This document shows, piece after piece, positions 9,802-19,456 of a DNA stretch of 35,677 nucleotides. The stretch lies in assembly GCA_944358145.1 (NCBI GenBank), contig CALVQO010000003.1, forward strand, positions 1-35,677, written 5' to 3'. The notes beneath the pieces were generated by a model. It searched no databases. It had not been told where the DNA came from and was given only the letters and a program-made list of their open reading frames with translations. Source of the DNA: an uncultured Bacilli bacterium. Its GTDB lineage: Bacteria; Bacillota_I; Bacilli_A; RF39; UBA660. Both the position numbers and the translations under genes were made by a program. The first letter of the stretch is position 1. Every line of letters starts with the position of its first letter.

Positions 9802-9917
9802 AAAAAAGCGGTGAATCCAGCCGTATAAATTGGAACTTAAAAAAGCGGTGAATCCAGCCGATAAATTGGAACTTAAAAAAGCGGTGAATCCAGCCGATAA
9901 ATTGGAACTTAAAAAAG
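9802..9917 (+). ncRNA. toxI: Type III TA antitoxin RNA (ToxI-like), about 3.2 tandem repeats of 36-37 nt
   Basis: Unit AAAAAAGCGGTGAATCCAGCCG(T)ATAAATTGGAACTT at 9802-9838, 9839-9874 and 9875-9910, plus a partial copy. No spacers. Potential H-type pseudoknot (CGGU/GCCG and UCCA/UGGA). Lies upstream of a terminator and toxN. Confidence 0.88.
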
Positions 9918-9918
9918 T

Positions 9919-9950
9919 AGGTTAGAGACTCAACTCTAATCTTTTATTTT
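9919..9950 (+). terminator. Intrinsic terminator between antitoxin repeats and toxin gene
   Basis: AGGTTAGAG-ACTCAA-CTCTAATCT followed by TTTATTTT; canonical type III TA layout. Confidence 0.8.
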
Positions 9951-9995
9951 GGTAATATTTATAGTATAATTTTATTAGATATGGGGGTTCATATA

Positions 9996-10501
9996 ATGAG
10001 AAATTTTAAAATTGTACGTGTAAATTCAGATTACTGTGATTATTTAAGAAAATTTGATTCAAAAGTAAGTTATAATAAAGGATCAAAAAAATTAAGACCA
10101 TTTGTAGGGGTATTATTTAAAATAGATAAGTGGGAATACATTGCTCCGTTATCAAGTCCAAAACCCAAACATAAACTAATGAAAATAGACTTGATTTTTT
10201 TAAAATAAAAAATGGAGAATTAGGAGCAATTAATTTTAATAATATGATTCCTGTTACTAAAAACAATTATACAGAAATAGACTTGTATAATACAAATTTA
10301 GATATAGAAGAAAGAAAATATCAAAAAATGTTAAAAGAACAATTATCATGGTTAAATGCTCATAGTTATCAAATTAAAGATAGATCACATAAACTTTATG
10401 AGCGTTACAAAACTAATAAATTATCAACACAATTAAAAAATAGATGCTGTAATTACCCTTTATTAGAAGAAAAAAGTTTAGAATATGTTAAAGTACATTA
10501 A
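9996..10501 (+). pseudogene. toxN: ToxN/AbiQ-family endoribonuclease toxin, split by a 1-nt frameshift
   Basis: 5' part DYCDYLRKFDSKV..RPFVGVLF..YIAPLSSPKPKH. The -1 frame continues NRLDFFKIKNGELGAINFNNMIPV...CCNYPLLEEK. One added base near 10182-10201 restores a 168-aa ORF. Confidence 0.88.
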
Positions 10502-10580
10502 AAGAAATGTGAAGAGTTAATTTTTTATTTACTTTTAAGGTTCAAAATGCTATGATGTTATAAAAAGAAAAGAGGATATT

Positions 10581-11570
10581 ATGGGATTATTTGATAAATT
10601 TAAAAAAATTTTTGTTAAAAAAGAAGAAAACAAAGAAGATGTAGAAACATATGAAAAAGGACTGGAAAAAACAAGAAAAGAATTTGTAAATGAACTAAGT
10701 ATATTAGGGCATAAATATACTAAAGTTAGTGATGAATATTTTGATGAACTAGAAAGTATTTTAATCATGGCCGATATAGGTGTTAATACGGTCATGGATT
10801 TTATTGATCGCTTAAAGGCAAGAGTAAAAAAAGAAAATATTACCGATACCAAATATTTACAAGAAGTTATTGTTGATGAACTATTTATTATCTATGTTAG
10901 TGGCGAATCTCTAAGTGATAAAATTAATATGAATCCAAATGGACCAACTGTTATTTTAATGGTAGGAGTAAATGGTGTAGGGAAAACTACAACCATAGCT
11001 AAACTTGCTTACAAATACAAAAAAGAGGGCAAAAGTATTATGATGATCGCTGGTGATACCTTTAGAGCAGGAGCCGTACCTCAATTAAAAGAATGGGCAG
11101 AAAAAACAGGTTCATTATTTTATGGCAAAGAAAATACTGATCCAGCAGGAGTAATTTATGATGGACTAGTAAAAGCCAAAGAAGAAAATGTTGATATTGT
11201 TTTAATTGATACAGCAGGACGACTTCAAAATAAAGTAAATCTAATGAAGGAGTTAGAAAAAATAAACAAAGTAATAGAAACTCATATAGAAGGAGCACCA
11301 CAAGAAACATTGCTAGTAATTGATGCTTCAACCGGGCAAAATGGAATTTTACAAGCAGAAGCTTTCAAGGAAATTACCAATATTACAGGTATAGTTTTAA
11401 CTAAATTAGATGGAACAGCTAAAGGTGGTATAGTTTTAGCAATTAAAGAAAGTGTAAATATACCAGTTAAATTCATTGGTTTAGGGGAAAAAATGGAAGA
11501 TTTAAAACCATTTGATATTGAAAACTACATTTATGGATTATTCAAGGATATGATCGATGATGGAAAATAG
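10581..11570 (+). CDS. ftsY: Signal recognition particle receptor FtsY
   Basis: GVNGVGKTTT, DTFRAGA, DTAGR and TKLDGTAKGG motifs. Confidence 0.97.
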   Translation: MGLFDKFKKIFVKKEENKEDVETYEKGLEKTRKEFVNELSILGHKYTKVSDEYFDELESILIMADIGVNTVMDFIDRLKARVKKENITDTKYLQEVIVDELFIIYVSGESLSDKINMNPNGPTVILMVGVNGVGKTTTIAKLAYKYKKEGKSIMMIAGDTFRAGAVPQLKEWAEKTGSLFYGKENTDPAGVIYDGLVKAKEENVDIVLIDTAGRLQNKVNLMKELEKINKVIETHIEGAPQETLLVIDASTGQNGILQAEAFKEITNITGIVLTKLDGTAKGGIVLAIKESVNIPVKFIGLGEKMEDLKPFDIENYIYGLFKDMIDDGK

Positions 11571-11847
11571 AGAATACTTAAATTCCTTATTTGACATTTA
11601 TAAAGAATTATTAACTAGTATAGAACAAGATACTTTTAAAGAATATTATGTTGAAGATTTATCACTTCAAGAAATAGCAGATAATCGTCAAATTTCCAAA
11701 AGTAGTGTTGGCAAAACATTAAAAAGTGCTACAGAAAAATTAGAAGAGTATGAATCTAAATTACACATATTAGAAAAGAACACCAAAATAAAAGAAGCAT
11801 TAATAACCAAAGATTATATAGCAATTGAAGAAATAATAGACATCTAA
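11557..11847 (+). CDS. ylxM: YlxM-family HTH protein
   Basis: LFDIYKELLT..YYVEDLSLQEIA..LEEYESKL; directly follows ftsY. Confidence 0.85.
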   Translation: MMENREYLNSLFDIYKELLTSIEQDTFKEYYVEDLSLQEIADNRQISKSSVGKTLKSATEKLEEYESKLHILEKNTKIKEALITKDYIAIEEIIDI

Positions 11848-11857
11848 AATCAGATGT

Positions 11858-12313
11858 CTATTTTATATACTTAGGATAATCAATTTTACCTAAAAGATAA
11901 TCAGCACTAATATGATATTTCTTGCAAAGATCATAAAGGAAAGAGGTAGCAATTAATCTTCTACCTATTTCATAGCCAGAAATTACTGAAAAAGTAGTAT
12001 TTAATTGATTAGCAAGTTTAGTTTGAGTTATTTTATTCTCTTTTCGAAAATCTTTAATTCTTTGACCAGAAAAATTTAAATTAATTCCTGTTTGATATGA
12101 ATTATACTGTACTAAATCGGTAAAACCAAACAAGTAATCAACAGAAGTGTTTAAATAATCAACAAGTTTAATTAAATGTTTAGATGGAATAATTTCATAT
12201 TCTATTTCATAAGCACTATAAGTTTTATTACTAATTTTTAATAATTTAGCCAAGTCAGACTGTTTTATTTCTAATTGCTCTCTTAAGTTTTTTAGCCGCT
12301 CTTTATAATACAT
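11858..12313 (-). CDS. Tandem (double) XRE-family HTH transcriptional regulator
   Basis: Two HTH_3 domains (RLKNLRE..QSDLAK..YSAYE; RIKDFRK..QTKLAN..ISGYE..SADYLLG). Start is probably ATG 12313 with a GGTGAT RBS. Confidence 0.85.
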   Translation of the reverse strand: MYYKERLKNLREQLEIKQSDLAKLLKISNKTYSAYEIEYEIIPSKHLIKLVDYLNTSVDYLFGFTDLVQYNSYQTGINLNFSGQRIKDFRKENKITQTKLANQLNTTFSVISGYEIGRRLIATSFLYDLCKKYHISADYLLGKIDYPKYIK

Positions 12314-12464
12314 GTTTATCACCAAAGATATTTTCTCATTTTTAATTAGCTAAAATATTTTAGTCTATAAATAGCGTAATTTTTCATGACTTTTAATATA
12401 CCAAAGTTTATAATTAATATGTAAGCTAGGAAACTCATCATAGCTTTCGTTAAGGAGAGTAGTT

Positions 12465-13775
12465 ATGGAATTTGAGGTATTAAAAAGAGGACATATTAAA
12501 AGGAATATTATTATTGGAAGTTTTGCAGTACTACTGATTAGTGCAATAATACTTAATTTTACGAGAGCAAAGTATCGAACGACAGCAGAAGTACCCATAG
12601 TAAATGGTACAATAAATTATAGTTTAGCAGACTTAAATATAGTAGCAATAACAGTAGATGGAGAAAGTGTTGATACCATACCTGAAGGTAATTATGAATT
12701 AACAGAGGAAAGTTATTGTACAATAGATGGAGAACAAGACGATAGCATAAAACTTTCTTATGATATGGAAACACAAAAATTAACAGTAAGTCCATTTACA
12801 ACCAAAGGAACAAAGTGCTATTTAGACTTTATTAAAAAGGATTTTGCCAAAGAAACATTAGATAAACTAGATTTAATCGTAACTGAAGGAACTCCAAACT
12901 TTAATAACACGAGTTGTACTAATGGAAGTAATAATGGAGGTAATTGTGGAGAACAAACGGTAGGCTTATATGAAGAAACCACAAGTAAAGGAACAACCTA
13001 TTATTTTAGAGGAGATGTAAATAATAACTATTTAGTTTTTGCAAACAAATATTGGCGAATCATTCGGATTAATGAAGATGGAAGCATCAGAGTGATATAT
13101 AGTGGTGAAAAATCAACAGTAGATAGTGCTGGAAAAGAAACAGTTCTTGCTAATGGCTATAATGATGAAAGCACAGGATATACCCAAATAGGGTCAGGTC
13201 GATATAATAATAATCCTAATCAAAATGAATCTGTTGGATTTACTTATACTGAAGGATTACAACGTCCTACTAATACAAGTAGTGGAACTCCAAGTGTGAT
13301 CAAAGGAATACTAGATACATGGTATAGCAGTAATCTAGAAGCATTTGATGGAATGATTACGAGTGCCCCAGGATTTTGCAATGACAGAGAACTGGCAAGT
13401 GGATATACATGGAGTACTGGTAGTAGTATAGATTATAAATTCTCGGAAAGAGTATATTCAGCAACATTTAGTACACCAACATTAGAATGCTCTAATTCAG
13501 ATGATTTATATCAAACGAAAATCGGCTTAATTACAGCAGATGAAGTAGTTTATGCAGGAGCTGGAAAAGGTAGTAATTATGGTTATTACCTATTTACGGG
13601 AAACAGTTGCTGGACAATAACACCATTGGGTGAAGGATCCGTGACTACTTTTTCAAAATATTTTGGAGACTTTCAAGTAACATTTACCTTTGGCGTACGT
13701 CCTGTTATTAATATCTCATCAAATATAACAATAACCGGTTCAGGAACAATACAAGATCCTTATGTTGTAAATTAA
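12465..13775 (+). CDS. Secreted/surface protein with DUF6273-like C-terminal domain
   Basis: N-terminal TM ending TRAKY; YYFRG..NNY..WRIIRINEDGSIRVIY, IGLITADEV, WTITP, GVRPVINI and GSGT..DPY motifs; AAGGAG RBS. Confidence 0.65.
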   Translation: MEFEVLKRGHIKRNIIIGSFAVLLISAIILNFTRAKYRTTAEVPIVNGTINYSLADLNIVAITVDGESVDTIPEGNYELTEESYCTIDGEQDDSIKLSYDMETQKLTVSPFTTKGTKCYLDFIKKDFAKETLDKLDLIVTEGTPNFNNTSCTNGSNNGGNCGEQTVGLYEETTSKGTTYYFRGDVNNNYLVFANKYWRIIRINEDGSIRVIYSGEKSTVDSAGKETVLANGYNDESTGYTQIGSGRYNNNPNQNESVGFTYTEGLQRPTNTSSGTPSVIKGILDTWYSSNLEAFDGMITSAPGFCNDRELASGYTWSTGSSIDYKFSERVYSATFSTPTLECSNSDDLYQTKIGLITADEVVYAGAGKGSNYGYYLFTGNSCWTITPLGEGSVTTFSKYFGDFQVTFTFGVRPVINISSNITITGSGTIQDPYVVN

Positions 13776-13842
13776 ATGTAAAATAATTGTATATATTTGC
13801 AACCTTTATCAAAATACTTTATAATAAAGATAAGGTGAGTAT

Positions 13843-14400
13843 ATGAAGTCAATATTAAGAGTTATTGTATCAATTTTTAAAACATTAATCGGAATAGTAA
13901 ATATTATTTTGATCTTAGTTATTGTATTAAATATTTTAAATTTTATTTTATTAAAAGTTCAAAAAAGGGACTATACAACTTTTTTAGATTATACATATGT
14001 AATTGTAGAATCTGATGAAGAATATTTAGGATTAGAAGAAAATGATTTTCTTCTTACTGATTTAAGAAAATCAGCCGTAAAAGAAGATTTAATTCTTTAC
14101 CAAGATAATAATAATGTTGAAATAGGTAAAGTATTAGAAATTGGTTCTAAAGATATAATTGTAGAAAGTAAAGGTACTGAAGTTACATTGAATAAAGAGT
14201 CAATTATAGGGACAGTAATAAAAGTAATACCAATTTTAGGAAATATTTTAAATATGATACTAGATTCTACAACATTCTGGATATCTGTATTTATTCTTAT
14301 CTTTACGAGTATTATTCAAACTTTACTAAGTAAAGCTAGCCAAAAATTAACCAAAGAAACTCCAGATTTAGTAAAAATTAGTCAAGAGGATTTACGTTAG
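13843..14400 (+). CDS. SipW/S26B signal-peptidase-like membrane protein lacking catalytic residues
   Basis: N-terminal TM, F..Y..V.S, D.I, IIG.V..VIP.LG and C-terminal TM follow the SipW layout. SGSM is replaced by SDEE and THR by IGK. Confidence 0.55.
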   Translation: MKSILRVIVSIFKTLIGIVNIILILVIVLNILNFILLKVQKRDYTTFLDYTYVIVESDEEYLGLEENDFLLTDLRKSAVKEDLILYQDNNNVEIGKVLEIGSKDIIVESKGTEVTLNKESIIGTVIKVIPILGNILNMILDSTTFWISVFILIFTSIIQTLLSKASQKLTKETPDLVKISQEDLR

Positions 14401-14432
14401 GAAAAGTGAAAAAGCAACTTTTCCTTTATTTT
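14399..14432 (+). terminator. Putative intrinsic terminator
   Basis: AGGAAAAGT...ACTTTTCCT followed by TTATTTTT. Confidence 0.6.
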
Positions 14433-14486
14433 TAATTAATTTTGTAGTAAAATTATAACCTGTGCATTTATAGGAGGGGAAAATAA

Positions 14487-15896
14487 ATGAAAAAAACAAA
14501 GATAATCTGTAGTATTGGACCTGCTACAAACAAAAAAGAAGTATTTAAAAATCTTGCTCATGCTGGAATGAATGTAGCAAGAGTAAACTTTTCACATGCA
14601 ACAATAGAAGAAAGAGAAACAGTTCGTGATTTAGTTTCATGGATTAATGAAGAAGAAAATTTAAATATAGGTTTACTTTATGATACTAAAGGTCCAGAAT
14701 TTAGAAGTGGAGAGGCTGTTGAAGAAGGAATCGAATTAATTCCAGGAAATACAATTCGTGTAGTTAAAGAAAGTGTAATAGGAAATAATGAAAGATTTAG
14801 TGTCAACCATCCAGAAGCTTTAGATAGCCTTAATATTGGAAGTGTAATTCAATTAGAAAATGGACTAATGAAAATTGAAGTAATATCAAAAGAAGAAGAT
14901 GGTGTTACTTGTAAAGTCATTAATGGAGGGTTATTAAAGAGTAAAAAAAGTTTATTTGCACCCGGAGTTAAACTGGATATTCCTTTTATTAGTGAAGAAG
15001 ATAAAGAAGACATTATTTATGCTTGTAGGAATAATGGGGACTTTTTAGCACTATCATTTGTTTCAACAAAAGAAGATGTATTAGAAGCAAGAAAAATTAT
15101 TAATGAGGAAAAAAGTAACATAAAAGTTATTGCTAAAATTGAAAGTAAAACCGGAATTGATAATTTAGATGATATTCTTGAAGTAAGTGATGGTGTTATG
15201 GTAGCACGTGGAGATCTTGGAGAAGAAGTACCAATATCCCTTTTACCAGTTTATCAAAAGTTAATTGTAAGAAAAGCCAGAGAGCATGGTAAATTCTGTA
15301 TAGTAGCAACAGAAATGTTAGAAAGCATGAAAAAGAATTCTAGACCAACTCGTGCTGAAGTTACTGATGTAGCAAATGCTGTACTAGATGGAACAGATGC
15401 AGTCATGTTAAGTGGGGAAACAACTGTAGGTTTATATCCAGTAGAAACCGTAAGTTACATGGCAAGTATTGCTAGTGATGCTGAAGATCATAGTGCTACT
15501 CATTTTGGCTATTTAGGTAAAATTGGCCGTACTGAGTGTATTGCTAAAAGTGCCGTAGACTTAACCAATTATGTTGATGTAAAAGCAATTGTTGCTGAAG
15601 CTATCAGTGGCTATAGTACCCGTATGATTAGTAACTTTAGACCAAATTGTCCAATTCTAGCTACATGTACAACAGCTAGTGTGGCAAGAAGTCTAGCCCT
15701 AAATTATGGTGTTTATACGACATTAGTACCACTAATGGATGATACAGATGAATTAGTAGACTTAGTAAGAGATAAAGCTGTAGACTATTTTAATTTAGAA
15801 AATGGGGATAAAATCATTATTACAGGAGGCTTACCAGCTGTAAATAATGTAAGATTAACAAACTTTTTAAAGATTGAAGAAATTGATAAATTATAA
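14487..15896 (+). CDS. pyk: Pyruvate kinase
   Basis: KTKIICSIGPA, RVNFSH, DTKGPE, VMVARGDLG, PTRAEVTDVANA and MLSGET motifs. Confidence 0.98.
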   Translation: MKKTKIICSIGPATNKKEVFKNLAHAGMNVARVNFSHATIEERETVRDLVSWINEEENLNIGLLYDTKGPEFRSGEAVEEGIELIPGNTIRVVKESVIGNNERFSVNHPEALDSLNIGSVIQLENGLMKIEVISKEEDGVTCKVINGGLLKSKKSLFAPGVKLDIPFISEEDKEDIIYACRNNGDFLALSFVSTKEDVLEARKIINEEKSNIKVIAKIESKTGIDNLDDILEVSDGVMVARGDLGEEVPISLLPVYQKLIVRKAREHGKFCIVATEMLESMKKNSRPTRAEVTDVANAVLDGTDAVMLSGETTVGLYPVETVSYMASIASDAEDHSATHFGYLGKIGRTECIAKSAVDLTNYVDVKAIVAEAISGYSTRMISNFRPNCPILATCTTASVARSLALNYGVYTTLVPLMDDTDELVDLVRDKAVDYFNLENGDKIIITGGLPAVNNVRLTNFLKIEEIDKL

Positions 15897-15917
15897 TATA
15901 ATAATTTAGGTGATACT

Positions 15918-16379
15918 ATGGATATAAATTTTAAAGAAGAAGGTTATACCTTTAATTTACGGGTTGCAGCACTTATTCGTAAGGGAAATAAAATCTTAGT
16001 TGAAAAAAATGATCAAGTAGATTATTATGGTCTAATTGGTGGTAGATGTAAACTAGGAGAAGATAGTATTAGTGCGATAAAAAGGGAGATCAAAGAAGAA
16101 ACAAGTGAAGAAACAGAATATTTAAGAAGTGTAGGAATAATTGAAAATTTCTTTATTTCTCGATACACCAATAGTCCCTATCATGAAATATTAATCATTC
16201 ATGAATTAAAATTTAAAAATCCAGAAGTATATCAACAAGATAAGATAACCAATTTAGAAGAATCGAAAGATGCTAAATTTTATTGGAAAGACATAAATGA
16301 GTTAAAGAAATGTAAACCAGAAATTGCTTTCCAACACTTAAATGACAGTACTTTCTTTCATTTAATTAATAAAGAATAG
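15918..16379 (+). CDS. NUDIX hydrolase
   Basis: Nudix box GGRCKLGEDSISAIKREIKEET. Confidence 0.9.
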   Translation: MDINFKEEGYTFNLRVAALIRKGNKILVEKNDQVDYYGLIGGRCKLGEDSISAIKREIKEETSEETEYLRSVGIIENFFISRYTNSPYHEILIIHELKFKNPEVYQQDKITNLEESKDAKFYWKDINELKKCKPEIAFQHLNDSTFFHLINKE

Positions 16380-16409
16380 ACCGAATTGAATAAATTTGGT
16401 CTTTTTTTT
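16378..16409 (+). terminator. Intrinsic terminator
   Basis: AGACCGAATT...AATTTGGTCT followed by a T run. Confidence 0.7.
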
Positions 16410-16442
16410 ACATGATTAGAATAGAATGAATTGGAGGCACTT

Positions 16443-18578
16443 ATGTTTAATAACTTTGGATTTATAGGCAGTAAGCTTTTAAAAGATGCAGAATTAGAAA
16501 GAATAAATTTACATCATCCCTATGTAGGAAGTGAACATTTGCTCTTAGCTATCTTAAAAGGAGATAGTGAGTCTAAAAAAATATTAGAAGATGCAGGATT
16601 AACTTACCAGAAATTTAAACAAGAACTAATTGATATTGTAGGTGTTCCGAAAAAAAACATAGACATAAATTTATATACACCATTATTAAAAAGAATTTTA
16701 TCTAATGCACTAAATGATGCTAAAGAAAATAATAAAGGAATAGTTACAGAAAGTCATTTAATTATTGCTATGTTAGATGAAGGAGAAGGAATAGCGATAA
16801 GAATTATGCTTGGTCTAAATATTAATTTAGATGATTTATATGATGAACTTAAAGTAAAGCCACAAGATATTAAAAAGGAAAAATTAGAAATTTTAAATAT
16901 TGGCCGAGTATTAAATGATTTAGTAGATGAATTTGATGAAGTAATTGGAAGAGATAAAGAAATTGACAATATAATAGAAGTCCTCTTACGCAAGAAAAAA
17001 AGTAATCCCTTGCTTATTGGTCCAGCTGGAGTAGGAAAAACTGCTATAGTAGAAGAGTTAGCAAGAAGAATTAGCGCCAAAGAAGTGCCATTTCCTTTAT
17101 TAAATAAAAAAATTATTGAACTTCCTATGGGAGATTTAGTTAGTGGCACAAAATACAGAGGAGAATTTGAAGAAAGACTAACCAAGATAATTAAAGAAGT
17201 AATAAAAAATAAAAATATTATTCTTTTTATTGATGAAGTTCATACTATGGTAAATGCTGGTGGAGCAGAAGGAGCGATAAATGCCAGTGATATTTTAAAG
17301 CCATACTTAGCAAGAGGTGATTTAAAAGTCATTGGTGCAACTACAACCGAAGAATATGAACGTTTTATTGCTAAAGATAAAGCTTTAGAAAGAAGATTTG
17401 AAACAATATTAGTAAATGAACCTACTCTAGAAGAAACAACAGAAATATTAAAAGGATTAAAAGAAAGTTATGAGACTCATCATCATATCAAAATAACAGA
17501 CGAAAACATAGAAGATATTGTATCTTTAGCCAATAAATATCTTTTTAAAAAGAAAAATCCAGATAAAACGATAGATTTATTAGATAGTGTATGTGCATAT
17601 GTAAAAAGAAAAAACATTGTAAAAGCAGAATTAATCGCTTTTGAACATAAATTAAATGAATTAAAAGAGTTAAAAGAAAGATATGTTTTAGATAATGTAT
17701 ATGATAAAGCCCTAGATACATGTTTAAAAATCAATGAAATAGAAGAAAATATTAGTAAGTTAAAAGAAAAGAAAGATGATGGCATAACCAAAGATGATAT
17801 ATTAAAAGTAATAGAAAATAAAAGTAATATTCCTTTATTTATCAATAAAGAAGAATTGATGATAAAAATAAAAAACAAATTATCAAAAGAGATTCTTTAT
17901 GAAGATCAAGCATTAGAAAAAATACTTGAAAATATAAAAGCTTTTTATGAAACAGAAAAGAGTGTAAAGTTATTATTAGTAGGTCCAAGTGGAGTAGGAA
18001 AAACAAGTTCAGTAAAACTACTTAGCAAAATTACAAAGAATAATTTAATTCGCCTAGACATGAGTGAATACAAAGATTCTTCATCAATAAGCAAGTTAAT
18101 TGGAGCCCATCAAGGTTATGTAGGATATGATGACCCCTTTATTTTTAAAGAAGTCAAATACAACCCATATTCTATTATCTTAGTAGATGAATTAGAAAAA
18201 GCACATCCAAGCATAATGAATTTATTTTTACAGATTATGGATGAAGGAATTATACATGATTCCCATGGAGAAGCAATAGATTTTTCTCATACTCTAATTA
18301 TAATGACATCTAATGCTTACAAAAATAATAATGTTGGTTTTATAAATCAAAAAAAAGATTTAACTGAATATTTTAGTGAAGAATTTTTAGGAAGATTTGA
18401 CGACATAATAACATTTAATCCTCTAACCAAAGAACAAGCTTTAGAATATTTAAAAAATAAACTACAAGACGAAAAAATAGATTATGAAAAATTATTAAAA
18501 GATACTTCTTTTGAAAAATATGGATTTAGATATATGAATAAAGTAATTGTAAAATATAAAATGAAAATACAAAGTTAA
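16443..18578 (+). CDS. clpC: ClpC-like ATP-dependent Clp protease ATPase subunit
   Basis: Clp N repeats (EHLLLA), two Walker A motifs (GPAGVGKT, GPSGVGKT), GTKYRGEFEER, RLDMSEY, DELEKAHP. ATG 16443 follows GGAGG. Confidence 0.88.
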   Translation: MFNNFGFIGSKLLKDAELERINLHHPYVGSEHLLLAILKGDSESKKILEDAGLTYQKFKQELIDIVGVPKKNIDINLYTPLLKRILSNALNDAKENNKGIVTESHLIIAMLDEGEGIAIRIMLGLNINLDDLYDELKVKPQDIKKEKLEILNIGRVLNDLVDEFDEVIGRDKEIDNIIEVLLRKKKSNPLLIGPAGVGKTAIVEELARRISAKEVPFPLLNKKIIELPMGDLVSGTKYRGEFEERLTKIIKEVIKNKNIILFIDEVHTMVNAGGAEGAINASDILKPYLARGDLKVIGATTTEEYERFIAKDKALERRFETILVNEPTLEETTEILKGLKESYETHHHIKITDENIEDIVSLANKYLFKKKNPDKTIDLLDSVCAYVKRKNIVKAELIAFEHKLNELKELKERYVLDNVYDKALDTCLKINEIEENISKLKEKKDDGITKDDILKVIENKSNIPLFINKEELMIKIKNKLSKEILYEDQALEKILENIKAFYETEKSVKLLLVGPSGVGKTSSVKLLSKITKNNLIRLDMSEYKDSSSISKLIGAHQGYVGYDDPFIFKEVKYNPYSIILVDELEKAHPSIMNLFLQIMDEGIIHDSHGEAIDFSHTLIIMTSNAYKNNNVGFINQKKDLTEYFSEEFLGRFDDIITFNPLTKEQALEYLKNKLQDEKIDYEKLLKDTSFEKYGFRYMNKVIVKYKMKIQS

Positions 18579-18598
18579 TAAAAAAGACCCAAAAAGGT

Positions 18599-19456
18599 CT
18601 ATATTCCCAAATCAAATTTCATTTGGGGATTTTTTTCTTTAATTAATTTTCTTGGATAACCTTCAATTTTAATATCATCTTGCGTAAAATCATAAAAATT
18701 CTCTTTTTCTGGGTTTAACCAAACAGTTGGATTACACTCTACTGGTTCGCGATTTAACATTTCATGAGCTTGATCAATATGACGATCATAGATTTGAATA
18801 TTATTATAAAACCAAGTGAATCTACCTGGAGTATACCCGCAATGCCTAGCAACCAAATAAAGAAAAATCATATATTGAACTTGATTAATACATCCTGCAG
18901 TTAAAAAATCACTACTTCTTTGAAATAAAGACATATCTAAATAATCAATTCCATCACGTCCATGTCGAACATTCCAAACAGTTTGATAGGCACAAGGTTT
19001 TAATCCATGTTCTTCTTTAAAATCGTCAACTTGCCACATATTAATAATATGTCTTCTACCATCAGGATCATTTTTAAGACCATCTAATAAATCTTTTACA
19101 AGAGTATGCCTTCTAACTGTCTCTCCATAACAAGAACCGATAGTTCTATTACCAATATCCCATTCGTCCCACCAAGTAACGCCATATTTATCTCTTAAAA
19201 CATCTAAATTGTTGGATTCGTCTTGATAAATCCATAAAAGTTCACCAATAGCACTTTTAACTGCAATTGGTCTAAGCGTAATAAGTGGGATTTCACCCTT
19301 AGTTAAGTCATAAGTGCACATGCCATGATTAACACTCAAAGTATGTGCAGGTGTTCCATCACTATATTTAGGTCTAGGATTTTTATCTAGACAACCTTCA
19401 TTTAAAATTCTTTCGATAATTTCTTTGGTATATTGATCACCTTTTGTACCTTGCAT
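18599..19456 (-). CDS. thyA: Thymidylate synthase
   Basis: ELLWIYQ, RRHII, catalytic PCA, QRSSD and N..QY motifs. Confidence 0.95.
   Translation of the reverse strand: MQGTKGDQYTKEIIERILNEGCLDKNPRPKYSDGTPAHTLSVNHGMCTYDLTKGEIPLITLRPIAVKSAIGELLWIYQDESNNLDVLRDKYGVTWWDEWDIGNRTIGSCYGETVRRHTLVKDLLDGLKNDPDGRRHIINMWQVDDFKEEHGLKPCAYQTVWNVRHGRDGIDYLDMSLFQRSSDFLTAGCINQVQYMIFLYLVARHCGYTPGRFTWFYNNIQIYDRHIDQAHEMLNREPVECNPTVWLNPEKENFYDFTQDDIKIEGYPRKLIKEKNPQMKFDLGI

Noticed and set aside
9802-9917. 36-bp repeats as a CRISPR array
   Set aside because: Units are contiguous with no spacers and no cas genes; the layout is that of a type III TA antitoxin.
9981-10501. Two separate genes at 9981-10208 and 10244-10501
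   Set aside because: They are the two halves of one ToxN ORF; conserved motifs continue across the gap in the -1 frame.
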